A program made the translations under genes and the position numbers. The notes beneath the pieces were generated by a model. The model was given only the letters and a program-made list of their open reading frames with translations, was not told the DNA's origin and made no database searches. This document shows positions 37,755 to 53,639 of a stretch of DNA of 64,000 nt, one piece after another (within the stretch, counting starts at the first letter, position 1; each line of letters starts with the position of its first letter). The DNA comes from Octopus vulgaris (lineage: Eukaryota): NCBI GenBank assembly GCA_951406725.2, contig OX597825.1:3906001-3970000 (forward strand). Reading direction: 5' to 3'.

Positions 37755-38889
37755 ATATATATAGGTGTGTGTGAGTGTGTGTGTGTATGTACTGTACATC
37801 AATGGTTGTTCAGTAGACCATGGGTTTTTTCCTCCCACAATGCAATATTTATACATGCAGCAGTGCAATACTTTCGCTAAAATCAATACGTCTTTTATAA
37901 ATGTCTTTACTTCAATTTTCTGTTTCTTTATTAGACTCAAAGCTATTTTTATGGACCATCGACAAGTATGTTGAATCAAAATCTATGTCACTTGATATTT
38001 CCAAAACCCAATTGATACGTGCCAGTTTCCATGTCTTACATATTACTTTCAGAACCATGTCACAAGTTGTTAGATTCTCTGTGTGTCAGCAGCACCAGTT
38101 ACCATAATTACATTCTGCTCAATGAATTACGCGATATTGTCTTCTCAAAGAAAAACCATGTAAATAATGCTTTCTTGATACTTGCACTTATACAAATATA
38201 TACACATAGCGAAATATATGAGGCAAGGTCATCTGTGTGAGTGTTTCTATGTGCACGTATATGTCTTTGAGAGATTGAAAATATTTGTTGTCAAAGAATT
38301 TCAGGATGAACCAGAGAAACGAACACCTGCATTTTTACGCACATGATCCCTTAGAATATACATTGCTTAATCACCCACTCATCAATGGTTACGCGAAAGA
38401 AATACAGGGAAGTAGAATAGAATTAGGAATTGGATCAGTGGAAATTTGTGACCGATAGTGCTATTGTGCACTGTTTGTTACATGAAATATATAAGCATAC
38501 ATTATTTCTGGGAATTAATCCCGGTGCTTGAATATATATAGAGAGGGAAAATGGATGGGTATTGTTGTTTAATGATTTTCTTTTTCAGTGTATCATAAAC
38601 TCTACTGAATATCGATTTGAAGAGGTTATCGCTTTATATCCATTCTACCTTCTAGAATTATTGGGGAGCGCCATTCACAAATAATAATCGATTCTGGATA
38701 TCTATAGCAATACTTGGGAGATTGCAGGGAGATCCAGCTATATTATCCTCTTTCAGAAAGGGAAGAGGGAGGAAATATTGTCAAAGAGATGCTACATCAG
38801 CTATAACAATATTTCTAAGTTTTCAGTATTTAACATTATAAAACACACACACACACGCACACACACACCACTCGCTCACACACCACTCG

Positions 38890-38935
<46 letters not shown>

Positions 38936-40624
38936 CTCACACAAGTTCGACGGTGAAAACTAATTCCAGTTTATATATTAGTAAAGCAACGAAAATAGTT
39001 ACTAAAATGTCCTCATAGATAATCTATTGGTTAAAGATAATATTAATTGCTTTTAGCTTAATATTTGACTTTTTTCTTGCAGAGAAATAATACTAATGAC
39101 ACCTTAAAGATTATACGAATTTGACTACGAGAGGAAGTGAATACAATGCTGAAAAGGTATCAAGAAAAATATAAAACGCGATATATAATTGTTTATCATA
39201 ATTGAAGGAGTGAAAACAGGTACTTTACCATTTGATGTACTCAAATAAATTTCACCTGAAATTAATTAATATATGAGAACGCACATGGGAATAATATTTT
39301 TCTGTAATAGAAAAACTCAGATTTTTAATCTTTACTGTAAATATAAATGCAATTTGGTTTAGTTCTGATCTTCCATTGTATACGTGTATGTTAGATTTTA
39401 TGTTTATATTTAAAACTGAACTGATGATGTAACCTTGAACTTTCGTTTGTCTGATGGGCTATCTTTATTTGCATTAATTTGTGAATATACAATTTTGTTG
39501 TATAATATGAACATACATATTAATCGTACACGCGTGATTTCTTGCAAAGAGGAATTTATACGGCATGAAAAGGATGCGAAACGGCCGTAATATTCTCAGA
39601 ATTACATTGCCGTCCTAGAAGTAATAGACAACTGACAAATTGCAAGTCACAAATTACGAGTCACCGACATTAGTGGAAAGAACGGTAGAAGTGGTCATAC
39701 ATACTGCTGATCTGGCTGAGGACTAACAACAAACAACAAACAATTTCGAGAAAGGAATATTTAGCGCTGTTCAGTCCAGTGATAGATTAAGTCTACTCTC
39801 TCTAGGATAGGGACGATTCAGTAGCCGAATTCCGAACATTTTTCGTCAAGCAAACTACACTCAGAAATATCTGGATACATCTTGGTAAATTTGATATTTA
39901 CTTTCTGAAGTTACGGCGTTCTTAACTTCATGGCATGTTGTATACAGAGAATTAAACTGATTTTAAATCAAAGACTGGGCTTTATAATGAGAAAACGTTA
40001 AAGAAATATCCTGCCTGACCAGAAATATGAACTACGCTAGAAGAAAATAGAACACAATCTCAATAACAAGGAAAAGATCATGCTTGGAACTGAGGATTTT
40101 ACACAAATTTGTTGTAAATTATCATGCAATATAATATCTTCAAGTTTATTCGGATGCCATCTCGTAAAAACGTACACATTTTTCATTATTCACTAAACGT
40201 GGCATTCAACACGAACAGTTTGTTTCTCGATTTTATTCAAACATAAATCAAAATGCTTTATCTAACTTACGCTTTACTAATGATGGAAGAATTTAAAATT
40301 GATTATTGTACCGCATGTAAAACTTCTATGTGTTAAGTAATAGAATGCTAGAAAACTTTCCAAGGTAAAATTATGTATTTTATTTCATCGCTTGCAAAAG
40401 AAATTTACGAGGACAAAGAAGGATATAGAACAGGAGAGAACAACATATATAATAACACGAATGTAAGTCTACTTATATCTATGTAACTCGGCACATATAC
40501 ACGTGCACACACACAGGCACACATACGTACACATGCGTATGTATAGGCACACGCACATATGTGTATGCATATATATATATGTTTGTGTATGTGACTACAT
40601 ATACAGACGTACATGCACACACGC

Positions 40625-40665
<41 letters not shown>

Positions 40666-40693
40666 TATATAAATCGTGTATATATATATATAC

Positions 40694-40750
<57 letters not shown>

Positions 40751-40772
40751 TCTATACACATAGATTTATATA

Positions 40773-40803
<31 letters not shown>

Positions 40804-41767
40804 GAGTTTGTGTGTGTTTGTGTATCTGAGTGTGTATCAATAATTGTGTGTATATGTGAAAATGTATATTGCTACACGCACGTACACACACTCTTATATA
40901 CGTTTGTGTATGAGTTTATAAATGTGCATGTATATATATAAAGATATTTATTAATATTGTCTGTAATCTGGAATATAAATCTTGTGCTTCTACTTCGCAC
41001 TATCTGCGTTCTATCGAAATTATATATATATATATATATTGTTATCATATTATTTCTATGACGTTGCTTTCATCTTCTTTCAATATTGACTTTCTATAAG
41101 CCAATCTTCGGCTTTATATAACACTCACTTCATATTTTATCAATATTTGACGTCTTTTCATGAAACTTCATTTTCTGTAAGTAAATTATGTAAAAATAAT
41201 AAAATTTTTACAAAAATATATTTTAAAGGATATCCTGAACTATGATGCAGACTGAAAAAACGAAATCTCAAAAATAAATATATTCAAAGCACTTTGAACT
41301 TCTCATAGATAATATACACTCATTTATCATTTATATTGGAAAGTATAAAACAATTTTAAAACAAGTGAAGAATACTTTTTCTTGTAAGATTTTTTTTCTT
41401 TCACATTTTTTTACTTATATGAAGACTTCACCGTTGGCAACATTTCTACTCTTTTTTATCCTTTTTGTCAAACGTCGATGAGCGCATTCTTAGAGTTATT
41501 AATTTTGTCTCTACGAACAACAATCAACTCCCTTGAACAACTAAAATTTGCATAGATTCCTTAGTGTTGGTGATGTTTAATTTACGCACGCATACACCAC
41601 TGATCCCTGAAAACAATCAGTAAGATATACATCTATTTCAAACTTCATTACATAAAGGCTTAGAATTCATTATGAAACCTCGTTGGAAATCAATTTTCTA
41701 TTCTTTATTGACCTCAGCAGCTGCTTCATAATAGAGAATATTGTTTTCTTCGATGAAAATTTCAGGA

Positions 41768-41798
<31 letters not shown>

Positions 41799-41893
41799 TG
41801 TATGTATGTGTATGAATATATATATATATATATATATATGTGTATGTACACACATATACGCATGTAGGAGTCTGTCTATCTCTCTCTCTCTCA

Positions 41894-41927
<34 letters not shown>

Positions 41928-41936
41928 CTCTATCTA

Positions 41937-42003
<67 letters not shown>

Positions 42004-43075
42004 TTATATTGGTTTACTCGTTTCAGTTGTTTGACTGCGGCCATGCAGAAGCACATACATACACATATATTTACGACATTCTTCGATGCACATCGAACAC
42101 ACACTCACACATTGATAAATAGGTTGACAGATAGATAGATAGACTGACAAGGAGGTAGATACAGCGATAGATATGACTGGGAAATCGAAAACTACCGAAT
42201 GTATTATAAACGTATTAAATATATGTCTTTTTAACTGGTGATTACTTGAGAACTACGCTACAAATCACTATTTTAAAAGAATCATAAACAAAACCTAATC
42301 AGGTCTCTATATTTGTACATTTAACTTGGAAATATGAAATGATATCCACTTATACATAAATGATATCCACTTATACTTTCTTCTGTACAATAATGATGTG
42401 GATTCTAAGTATATTTCCGTAATACTTTGTCAGATCTGAATATAATTTCCGCAATATATTATATTCATATTGGATATACCTTTATTTCCAGTTGATCCAA
42501 CTCTCTTGATGTCATGTCCGTTTTCATTTTATTGATTTATTATGTCTGGCTTGTGTTATCTGAAATTATTACGTAAGGAAATCACAAATAATTGTTTTCC
42601 GAATTAGTTACGCACATTTCCCGAGAAACTTCACAAGAAGCTTAAAAATAACACTACATTCATATTTAGTTACGAAGGAAAGGAAAATTTATATATCTAA
42701 GACATTCTGATAAGACATTCCAGCAAATTCCAATATGTGGGTATATCTGCGAAAATCAGGGAGAAATACATTATTGAACACTGTTTAATCTTTGGTTGTT
42801 ATAGACGAGAAATGACCGGCTTGAAAACATATTACATTACGTATTCACATGATATGAGCTGAAAAAGTCCGTTGGATTTTAATATATCTTATTGGGAAAA
42901 GGATGACCTTCATTGCACATTTAAAATTAGTATCAGAAAGTTAGACTGCGTTCTGTAGTTAAAAGTAGGCATAAGGAAGGAGATATATGTGAGTTTATGC
43001 GTCGATGTTTATATATGTAAACATCTGTATACATGTGAGTGTGTGAGTCTATGTGTGTGTAAATGCGTGTATCGT

Positions 43076-43115
<40 letters not shown>

Positions 43116-43647
43116 CAAACATACATAGAGGAACAGTAGAATGATAAATACATGTGTGAGTGTGTGCCTACATGCGCATAATTTTTTTATCCTTCTATTT
43201 CAATATATTACCATTCCTTCATCAGAAGAGCCAGAATATTGGTCTAGAATCCATTACTGGAGTATAATAAAATAGTTCGGCTAGAATGCTGTACAGAGAA
43301 AACAAAGAATCTGAGATCCACAGATTTCTCACTCACTTACACAATTCGTCGCACACACTCAAACACACATACACAATGACACATACATACACACGCAGAG
43401 ACACAGACAGACACACACACAAACACACAAACACACGCACACACACACACACACGCACACGTACTACACATATCATGAGTTGACGTACATGTGATCGTGA
43501 AAAAATGTGAAAGCTATGCGAAATGAAAATCTAGCATAATATAAGGAAATTCTATGCACTTTAGTACTGTATTCAATGCATTTCTTTTCACAAACCTGAG
43601 TGGGAAATATCTTTATTCTATACGCATGGAATGTGATGAAAGTACAC

Positions 43648-43687
<40 letters not shown>

Positions 43688-44008
43688 AATGATTGTGTTC
43701 GATTTCGTTGTACCTAGTTGTATGGCTTATATGCTCTTAGATGAATACATTTTATTATTATCAATTGTAAATAAGTTTACAGATGAATTATCAGAGCTTT
43801 AAAATTCTATATAATATATCTATGTTCCAGCAGAGAAAATAATACAAAAACATCTATCAAAAGCACTTTTTTTTATTTATCAGTTTATCTAGAATGTATT
43901 TCGACATTTTAGAGAATCATATACGACTTCCTGTTCAGACGTATTGTAGACACTTTAGTATCAATTATTTTCTGTTTAATGTTTAATGCATTTCTATGTG
44001 TGGGTGTA

Positions 44009-44086
<78 letters not shown>

Positions 44087-44139
44087 TATGTATACATATA
44101 TATGTGCATGTATATACATATTTATATATATATACATAT

Positions 44140-44172
<33 letters not shown>

Positions 44173-44884
44173 CTTATATATTTATACATGTATATGTGCA
44201 TATATCTATATGCATGTTATTATATGTTTGTATCTATCTATATATATATATTTATTATATTTATATATATATATACATTTATTTCTATACACATATATAC
44301 ATAAATGCATATATACATAAATGCATATATAGGTAGATATAATTTATGAGAAAGTGCAACCATAGAGATACATATGTGGGTGGCGGTTTTTACATATGTA
44401 CACACACGCTTTGTGCTTTTATCCGTGTCTTTCTATGACTGTAGGCATATGACACTTATGATTATAGGGCTGCTCTGTATGACAAACTCTGGAAGTTTGA
44501 TTTATCTTTCTTGTCATAAGATATGTTTAAGTGGGGGATAAACAGGGCGCAGTTACGGTGATAAAGAAGTAATTTTTCTTCAGCGCAGCACCATTATGGA
44601 TCTGTCCAGTATCGGAGTAAAAGGCACGGTTAAACTATACCGTGGGACGCGTTTTAGACACTTTTTTATGTGGCTATATTTTAAAGGGGCCTAGAGAAGG
44701 AGAGGGTGGAATTCTACATCGATGCCTTCATAACTTTTTTGTGTTTCAGAATTTTCAGGAATTTTCATGGAGTATTTGTTTGTTCTAATTGATATTTAGC
44801 CGTTTTTTAGCAGATCGCACAACCGCCCTCCTTTCTTTGTCCTTCTGACGTGTTGATGTTTATTTCAATATTTTACTCCCCATA

Positions 44885-45080
44885 AGGTGCAGGAGTGGCT
44901 GTGTGGTAAGTAGCTAGCTTACCAACCACATGGTTCCAGGTTCAGTCCCACTGCGTGGCATCTTCGGCAACTGTCTTCTGCTATAGCCTCGGGCCGACCG
45001 ATGCCTTATGAGTGGATTTGGTAGACGGAAACTGAAAGAAGCCTGTCGTATATATGTATATATATATGTATTTGTGTGTA

Positions 45081-45118
<38 letters not shown>

Positions 45119-45330
45119 TGTATGTGTGTGTGTTTGTGCCCCTCACATCGCTTGACAACCGATGCTGGTGTGTTTACGTTCCCGTAACTTAGCAGTTCTG
45201 CAAAAGAGACCGATAGAATAAGTACTAGGCTTACAAAGAATAAGTCATGGGGTCGATTTGCTTGACAAAAGGCTGTGCTCCAGCATGGCCGCACTCAAAT
45301 GACTGAAACAAGTAAATGAATAAAAGAGAA
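44885..45330 (+). mobile_element. SINE family S1, full-length
   Basis: Head, body, internal (TG)n and tail collinear with 6945-7390. Confidence 0.88.
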
Positions 45331-45999
45331 GAGGGTAATAAACATACTTAATGGTTTATTTCTGAGATGGAAGCCCAAACTTCGGACTGGGCATAATTTA
45401 AACTGTGATTATATAAAATACAAAAAAACGTTAATTCGGAAATTATAAAATAAAAGTTTTTAACAAATTTCGAAAACTATAAAAAAAAGTTTCTTTATTT
45501 ATACTAATTTTTTCATGATAATAATTTTATTTATTATATATTACATATTACTATACATGTCTATGTTAATTTGAGTCGTATGTCACGATAATGTTTTATT
45601 CTATAGTCGTATAGTCGTATGGAACCCCTTGTGTAGAATATAAATCCACAAAATATTTATGAAATTAAATTCCCCCCCCAAAAAAAAAAAGAAAGAAATG
45701 AGGGGATATATGCTATGCGTAATGTAGAATTTCTCCCAAAAGGGAATCAAGGAAGGTTATTTCGAAAATATTCATTTACGGGGGCGGGGAGTACAAGGTT
45801 CAAAGTTATAACTCGCTTATTGAACATCTACCTTTCATATTCAAAATGCAAAGTGTAGAGTTTTTATCAAAATGAGGACAAATTTTGTTGTTTTCTCTGT
45901 AGCGGGTTCCGTTTTGTAAGGCAATTTTACTAAATACAAGTTTCGAATAACATCGCTGCTTACAACCTGGTTTGGTTAAAAGAAACGACAAGTTTCAAA

Positions 46000-46400
46000 T
46001 TGACTGAGTGGTAAGAAGCTTGTTTCCCAACCACATGGTTCCGGGTTCAGTCCACTACGAGGCTCCTTGGGCAAGTGTCTTCTACTATAGCCTCGGGCCG
46101 ACCAAAGACTTGTGAAGGAATTTGGTAGACGGAAACTGAAAAGACGACCGCCATATATATATATCTATCTATATATATATATATATGTATTTGTGTGTCT
46201 TTGTTTACACCCCTCTATCACTTGACAACTGATGTTGGTGTGTTTACGTCACCGTAACTTAGCAGTTCGGCTGAAGATGCTGATAGAATAAGTAGTAAGC
46301 TTACAGAGAACAAAAATCCTAGGCTGGAGTTGTTCGACTATACATTGTGCACTAGCATGGCTATAATCAAATGTCTGAAACTTATAAAAGAATAAAAAAA
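46000..46400 (+). mobile_element. SINE family S1
   Basis: Collinear with 44885-45330, more diverged. Confidence 0.82.
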
Positions 46401-47345
46401 ATTAATCGGACTACTAATATTACTGTTGACGCAGGAAAATTTATTCCTATAAATATAATGGCGGTGAGGTTTTCTTTAGTAGAGAATTTGTCTGATTAAA
46501 ATATATATTTATATTACTTCAGTTTCATTCTCTTTGAGAATTTATACGGCAATTGCGTATGGCATTAATGTGCTTCTAATATGTTGGGGAACATAAAAGC
46601 AACAAACACACTGTGTCGATCATATCTATGTGGTAACTTGGAATTACTTCGCTAAGCCATGAATATTCGCTGTTATAAATGATTGTGTTGGTTGTCGTTG
46701 ATTAGGCATCGCTTAAAATATGTTTTACCCTTTCTTCCATACAATGCATGTTATAATCCACATGTAATATCAAATGTAACAGATTTAGATACGTCAAGCT
46801 AGGAGGCGGTAAGTATACACTCACACACATGCAGACACAGACATACATACACACATACATACGTACATATATGCATATACATACACACACACGCACACAC
46901 ACGCATACACAACACAAAACCACACGCACGCAAGATGAGAATATATGGAGGAAATACCGTTGATAAACAAATTAGATATGCTAAATATATCAGTTGGGGT
47001 ATGAAATATAAAACATGCTTACAGTTAACACATTGCGTAATGCATAGAATTTCTAGTCGGAAAGACATTATGACCTGAACTCGAAGATCTTTTCCTCCCT
47101 GATGTTGTTGATTCGATTTAACCAATGTGGCTTGCTTCCACTGCGGCTGCATATTCAGATGACATACATCTTCCAACATTTTGATGTATCCCTGAGCCTC
47201 CAGAAACAGCTGTTGGAATTAGGACACCTTTCTTTCTCCCTTTCATTTCTCTCTACCGTTTGCACTCTGTGTTAGTTGGATCTATCAATATAAATATCTC
47301 TATATTCATATTTAAATATTGATCTTTTCTCTATCTATCCATCTC

Positions 47346-47438
<93 letters not shown>

Positions 47439-47479
47439 ATATATATATATATATATACATATATCTATATATCTATATA

Positions 47480-47552
<73 letters not shown>

Positions 47553-47553
47553 G

Positions 47554-47595
<42 letters not shown>

Positions 47596-47597
47596 TA

Positions 47598-47638
<41 letters not shown>

Positions 47639-49278
47639 CTTTATAATTAATTGCATATTTATACACACACACACACACAGTGAAAATGCGAGAAGCATAC
47701 ATGGTTACTTAGTGTGCTATAGATAATGATTAGATGGTGGTGAGGCATTTGCATACACGCTTACGCATTTATATGCACATCCCATTCTTGTAACTGAATT
47801 ACAATGCTCATATATCTATTCAGAATATTAATTTAGAGTAATTAATCTACATGCATGAGAGATATCTTCTGGCTGAGAAATTGTTTTAACTATTAACTAC
47901 TTGATTGATACGGAACCATCATTTCCCTTAGTGAATATTTATCCATTAGAAATTCACTCGATTGTAATCACAATGATAGTGGTAACAATTGATTGCCATA
48001 AAGTGTACCATCTAGAGTCTGCGTCCTTTACAATTGATAGAGCGACGTCCTTTACTAGGACTATCAATGTTGTATGGTAATCCTAATATATTCGACTCAC
48101 CTTACTTCGTGGTATATCAACACCTACAACATTTTTATCGAACAAGATACCGCATTCAAAGTTACACCCTAAAATTCCCGCCCAGCACGCCGACCATCTT
48201 TCACTTCCATCCCTATCCATTCCTTTTTTTTCTTCTGGGAGAGAATCACATCGTTGGAACGTTTGAAGATGGTCATTAGTGGCATTCATTCCACCGGCCT
48301 CTTTGACTAGCGAAAAACAGGAACGTGATCTTTGCCCATGTTGCTTTGAAATCAGTTCACCACATCATTCTTTGTGTTGAGGAGGCGGTACCCGCGGCTT
48401 TGGTTTTTCTTGCATCTCTCTTAAGGTACTGAAATAGATTTTTCACCTTTTAATGTGAACATTAAAGAACCGAGTTCACCGTTGTCAAGGAAAGCCTATG
48501 ATCTATGTATAATCTCCATTGAAAGCCAATATAAAAAAATGTCAGTTCATTGTCATACTTTGGTAAAGATTCTTTTAGCGAATGTAATGTCATACGGTTG
48601 AAAGCGAAATGATAGAGAACGGCATTGAGTTTGAAATGTCATATTTATAATGGAATCTTACTTCTAATTCACCGTTCGTTTGTGCGTTATTAAAAATATT
48701 TCTACGCCGTCACACGATCATTTTCTAAGCGCTATATATATATATTCTAATAAGTAACTCGTTTATCGGTGAAATAAGGATAAAAATATCTGATCCGGAA
48801 AAACATAAATCGTTGCTATTTATAGTCACATTCCAGGAGCAATTATGGATAATTTCTGTCTAGATTCACGGGAATATCTTACATAAGTGAGCTTTTAATT
48901 GACTAGGAAACTTCAATGGTATTGGAGTTTTTGCTAAATCTAATGTTACTGTTCTTTGGAAAACAGGAAATGGTATCGGATGTGATATCATTTATAGTTC
49001 TGTAGATTCTATAGGTTATGATTTATTGACAGCTAATTGATTACCGAAATAAATGTGTAAGTTGCAAATTAACCCATAATTTAGGCGCTTTAATTTGGTA
49101 GAATCGTGAACATCTCGATTCACAACAAATGTATGTTATTCAAAGTTTTGAGAGACAATCCAACAAAAGCTAGCGAAACGGTCGGAGAATCTAGTAATAT
49201 GCTCAGATGAAGTCTCTGTGAAAGAGAAAATAAGTATTCTACAATCGAAACAAAAATCAATAGAAGAAATGATTTTAT

Positions 49279-49337
<59 letters not shown>

Positions 49338-49442
49338 CATATATGAAGATTGCCAGATAACCGAAGAGATGTTGTTGTGGATTTCCACCTCGGCATCCGA
49401 CTTTTATCTTGTCTACCGAATAATTGTCACATATTATTTTAC

Positions 49443-49558
<116 letters not shown>

Positions 49559-50092
49559 GCGTATAATCATATATGGGTACAGGACGTCACCAACAATAAA
49601 CAACAAGAACTACGGAAACAGCTGAGTTAAATACGCAAATAACGAGAAAAAAAAAGGATAAGTAATACAAAGAATGGAGCTTTATAACTTGTCGGCTTCC
49701 TAGCTCCTCCCCATTTCGAGCAATGAACAAAAATATGAGTCTTCGACAACAGTTGCTCCGATAATTACTAAACTAGGATTTGGGACTTAGAGAGGGTCAA
49801 AGTTAGGAACAAAAACAGGACCGTGGCGATATACTAGGAAACCGAACAAAAACAAAACTTGGATGGCCGTTAGACTTGAACGAGGGGAAAATAGTGAACG
49901 CTGTGAGAAATACTTTCTTTGAAAACAGAAAAGATAGAAGAGAGAGACGTAGGAGACGCCCAGTCCTTACAAAGTTGTGCAGGAAAGAAAGACGGTCACG
50001 TGAGAGACAGAAAGATGGACGATTGTCACGCATGTGCAACGATATATATATATATATACATATATATGTTTCAAATTTACAGAATGTATAAG

Positions 50093-50279
50093 TGTTATGT
50101 GGCACGTTCGGATGCCTCTGCTACTCAACTATACTACTCTGCTCTACTACTACTCTGACTACTACTCTGCTACTCTGTTCTAGTCTACTACAACTGCTAC
50201 TTCACGACGTCTAGACTTCTCCCTCTATATCTACGTATTGAGCTAGTCTACTTCATCGTCTGGGGGCGTCGACACAACA
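50093..50279. mobile_element. Probable solo LTR (~187 bp)
   Basis: TGTTATGT...ACACAACA inverted termini (TG..CA); flanks ATAAG / ATAAT (4 of 5 match); internal (CTA/CTCTG) repeats. Confidence 0.55.
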
Positions 50280-50299
50280 ATAATTAAACGAATACGGGT

Positions 50300-50410
50300 G
50301 AAAGAGATATAAGCAGGTGTATTAGTTTCACGCTGGGGCAAAATGGAAAAGTGCTTGATGTTTCGAACCTTCGCTCTTCGCTAGAAATTATTGAGAAGAA
50401 AACAGTGTGT
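50300..50410 (-). mobile_element. Old fragment related to the Neptune pLTR, with decayed HHR
   Basis: tgtattagt..cgct..aagt..ttgatgtttcgaaccttcgctcttcgctagaaa aligns with 12001-12076. Confidence 0.55.
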
Positions 50411-51111
50411 GTCTGTGTGAGTGACTGTGTGTGTGTATACATTAGCGAGTAGCTGTATGCCAGTGGGGGTGTTTCTTTATGTGTTTAGAGATATTTGTAT
50501 ATATTTATGCAAATACAAAGAATGTTTAAACAATAATCACAGAACTGCTGAAAATGTGCAAATTCACTCACCTTTTTCTTCTTTTTACTTTTATGTCAAG
50601 ATGTTTAAATATTTGGGAAAGTATCTTGGATTTTTCCCAACCTTACCTGAATTGTATTTTCCGTTTTGAGATTATTTGATTGGAATGGATTGCAAAAAAA
50701 AAAAAAACCCAAAAGACTAAAAAAAATGTGAATGTGTTTGAACGCAAATTATAATTTCAATGAATATTTGATAAAATCTACAGAGAGATTTCTATTTGAA
50801 TGTGATATCATTTACAAGCTTCTTTGAACATTTACAAATAAAATGTAAATTCACATCACAGCAATAAAGTGACTATAATGTTTAGAATATGTTTAATAGC
50901 TGAATACTGACGGTGTGCGTGTGTGTGTGTGCATGCGTATCTATATACATGCACACAAACACACGCCCAAACGCACACACATACACGCCCAAACGCACAC
51001 ACATACACAAACACACATATACCCTCATATATATACATAGATACACACACACAAACACACACATATCCTCATATATATATATACACACACACACATATAT
51101 ATATATATACA

Positions 51112-51156
<45 letters not shown>

Positions 51157-51924
51157 ACGTGGAGCGTGAGCAATAGACACACAAACATACGCATATCTTC
51201 ATATATATACATACACACACACATATATACATATATATATTTGTATATACACACACATATACATATATGTATAAATATACTGACGTGGAGAGTGAGCAAT
51301 AGACAAAATTATAGCAGCCGAGATTACATCAAGGTTGTTCAATGGAAGATTTTAAATAAAACATTCCATTAACAACATTTTCCATGTATCAACATAGATT
51401 CGATTCAAAGTGGAGAGATGTCTAGTGTTCCGAAAATGATATTTTATACTCTTGCATTAGAAAGAAAGAGAAAGAAGAAAAAAAAAACAATAAAAATGAG
51501 CGCTAAAATATAACGTCTTCCAATAGTAACAATAGTGATAATTCATTTCTATCTTTTATCCGAATTAAATACGTTTTAGAGACAGCTAGATTATTTTTTA
51601 TTCAAATGCTATCAGTTTAGATGTTTATATATATTTCAGGTATATTTATTTGCTGTCGTATCGGAGAATGGTTTAGGAAAAGAAAATTACAATGGCTTAG
51701 TGTTTATATTTGTAGTAGTTTTATATTCTCGAATGTCAAATGCTCACTATATATATAATTGCATATACAGGTATATATGTGTGCGAATTTGTATACATTC
51801 ACACAATCACACATACACATATACCTACAGACACAATCACACACACATACTTACATATGTGTGTGTGTGTTTGCGCGCGCGTGTGTGTGTGTGTGTGTGT
51901 GTGTGTATGCCTTATTGCTTTGTT

Positions 51925-52147
51925 TTAGTAACTAGACTGCAGCCATGCTGGAGCACCACCTTGAAAAATATCTTTAGTCGAATGAATCACCCCCAGTACT
52001 TTTTTATGTATCAAGCCTGGTACTTATTTTATCCATTACTTATGCCGAACCGCAAATTTATGAGGACGTAAACAAACTAATACCGGTTGTCAATCAGTGA
52101 TGGTTGTATAAACAGATACAATCGCACACACAAAGTCACACATACTA

Positions 52148-52193
<46 letters not shown>

Positions 52194-52387
52194 ACACGAG
52201 GGGCTTCTTCCAGATTCCGCCTCTTAAATCCACTCACAAGGCTTTGGTCGGGCCGAGCCATAGTAGAAGACACTTGCCCAAGCTGTCACTCTGGGACTAA
52301 ACTTAGAACCGGCCCAAGGTGTCATGCAGTGGAACTGATCCCGGTTGGGAAGCGAACTACTTACAACACAGCCACTCCTGCACCTAT
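51925..52387 (-). mobile_element. SINE family S1-related copy
   Basis: Reverse complement of the S1 head (GCAGGAGTGGCTGTGTTGTAAGTAG) and tail (GGTGGTGCTCCAGCATGGC). Confidence 0.8.
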
Positions 52388-52984
52388 ATTTGTGTGCGGG
52401 TGTGTGTGTGTGTCTGCGTGTATGTATGTAAACATTCCTACGCACGTTAGTATTTAAACGTGGGGAGTGAATTATGTGTCTATCTCAGTAAGCTCCTTGA
52501 ACGGAAACAACTGACAGGCGACTTAATGTTGAACCACTGATGCAACCACGATGTTCGGGTGATCTGTTGAGCAAACTTTCTCTATTTGCATTAATTTGTG
52601 AATATACAATTGTATTGTACAATGTTGAGTACACAAACTAATGCAAGCATGTACGAGTATTTCCTTACATACAGAAATTAATACTACATGAAATAATTTT
52701 GTAATGATGATAATCACATGGAAATAATGTTGTTACATAAATCTATTTTCATTTCCCACACCTCCTCAATTTATGCATTATGTATGTATTTATATATAAA
52801 TACTGTCGTTATGGAGTCATCGACTGCAATTATACAATGTTATGTAACTATCTGTGATTGAGATTCTTCGGTGTTTGATTTAAAGAATGTTGCTTTCTCT
52901 GTCAAGAATTGCGACCAATACGAAAAGTAGAAGTGTCTGCAAAAATTGGACATCGCTGACGATATCATCCACGGTTACCGAGTT

Positions 52985-53150
52985 AGTAATACAAGTAGTA
53001 ATACTAGAGACAGCCGCTGCAATAGTGGTAGTAGTAGTAGTTATAGTAGTAGTACTAAAGCCAGCAGCAGCAGTAATAGTAGCAGTTGTACCAGCTGTGA
53101 CAGTAGCAGTAGTACCAACAGTAGTGGTAGTAGCAGCAGCAGCAGTAGCG

Positions 53151-53182
<32 letters not shown>

Positions 53183-53213
53183 GGTAGTAGTAGTTGTTGT
53201 TGTTGTTGTTGTT
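52985..53213. repeat. Mixed (GTA)/(GCA)/(GTT) trinucleotide array
   Basis: Seen directly; gives the poly-Val/Ala/Ser pseudo-ORFs. Confidence 0.9.
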
Positions 53214-53639
53214 CTTGGAGGAAGAGAAGTAGTTTAAATAGGAGAAGAAGGAAAGGCGAAAAAGAAGAGAAATAAATTAAAATGCTGAAGAAAATAATGA
53301 AAAGAATAACAAAAACGCGGATCTGAAAACTATAGAAGGAAAGAAATAAGGAAAAAAAAGGTGGAAAATAAGTGTAAATGTGACAACAATATTAGCGGGA
53401 GAAAAATTTTCGAATGAATGCATTCTTTTAACTTTTTCAATGGATATTGATTAAATATGTGACAGTCCCTTTATCATATGTATTCCAATAAGGATTTACT
53501 AGAGATATCTATGATGTTTGCAGAAAGCCATCAACGAACTGAAAAAGTCGATGCTGTTATGGACGCTCTTCTTTCTTGATAGATAGTATGTATGAAGAAC
53601 GACATAGGAGCCAAGCACAGCCAATATTTCTGGGACTTA

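Noticed and set aside
37901-38107. SLDISK motif resembling CR1/L2 RT (LDISKAFD)
   Set aside because: Single short degenerate motif, insufficient for a call
43191-43230. Minus-strand CUGAUGA...GAAA
   Set aside because: Stem II does not pair and there is no room for stem III
49562-50040. Repeat-like block between microsatellites with a minus-strand UCGAAGA...GCUCGAAA
   Set aside because: May be another PLE end, but stems I and III could not be paired, so no ribozyme is called
52887-53275. Poly-Val/Ala and poly-Ser ORFs resembling membrane or low-complexity proteins
   Set aside because: Trinucleotide array open in several frames, with no unique coding context
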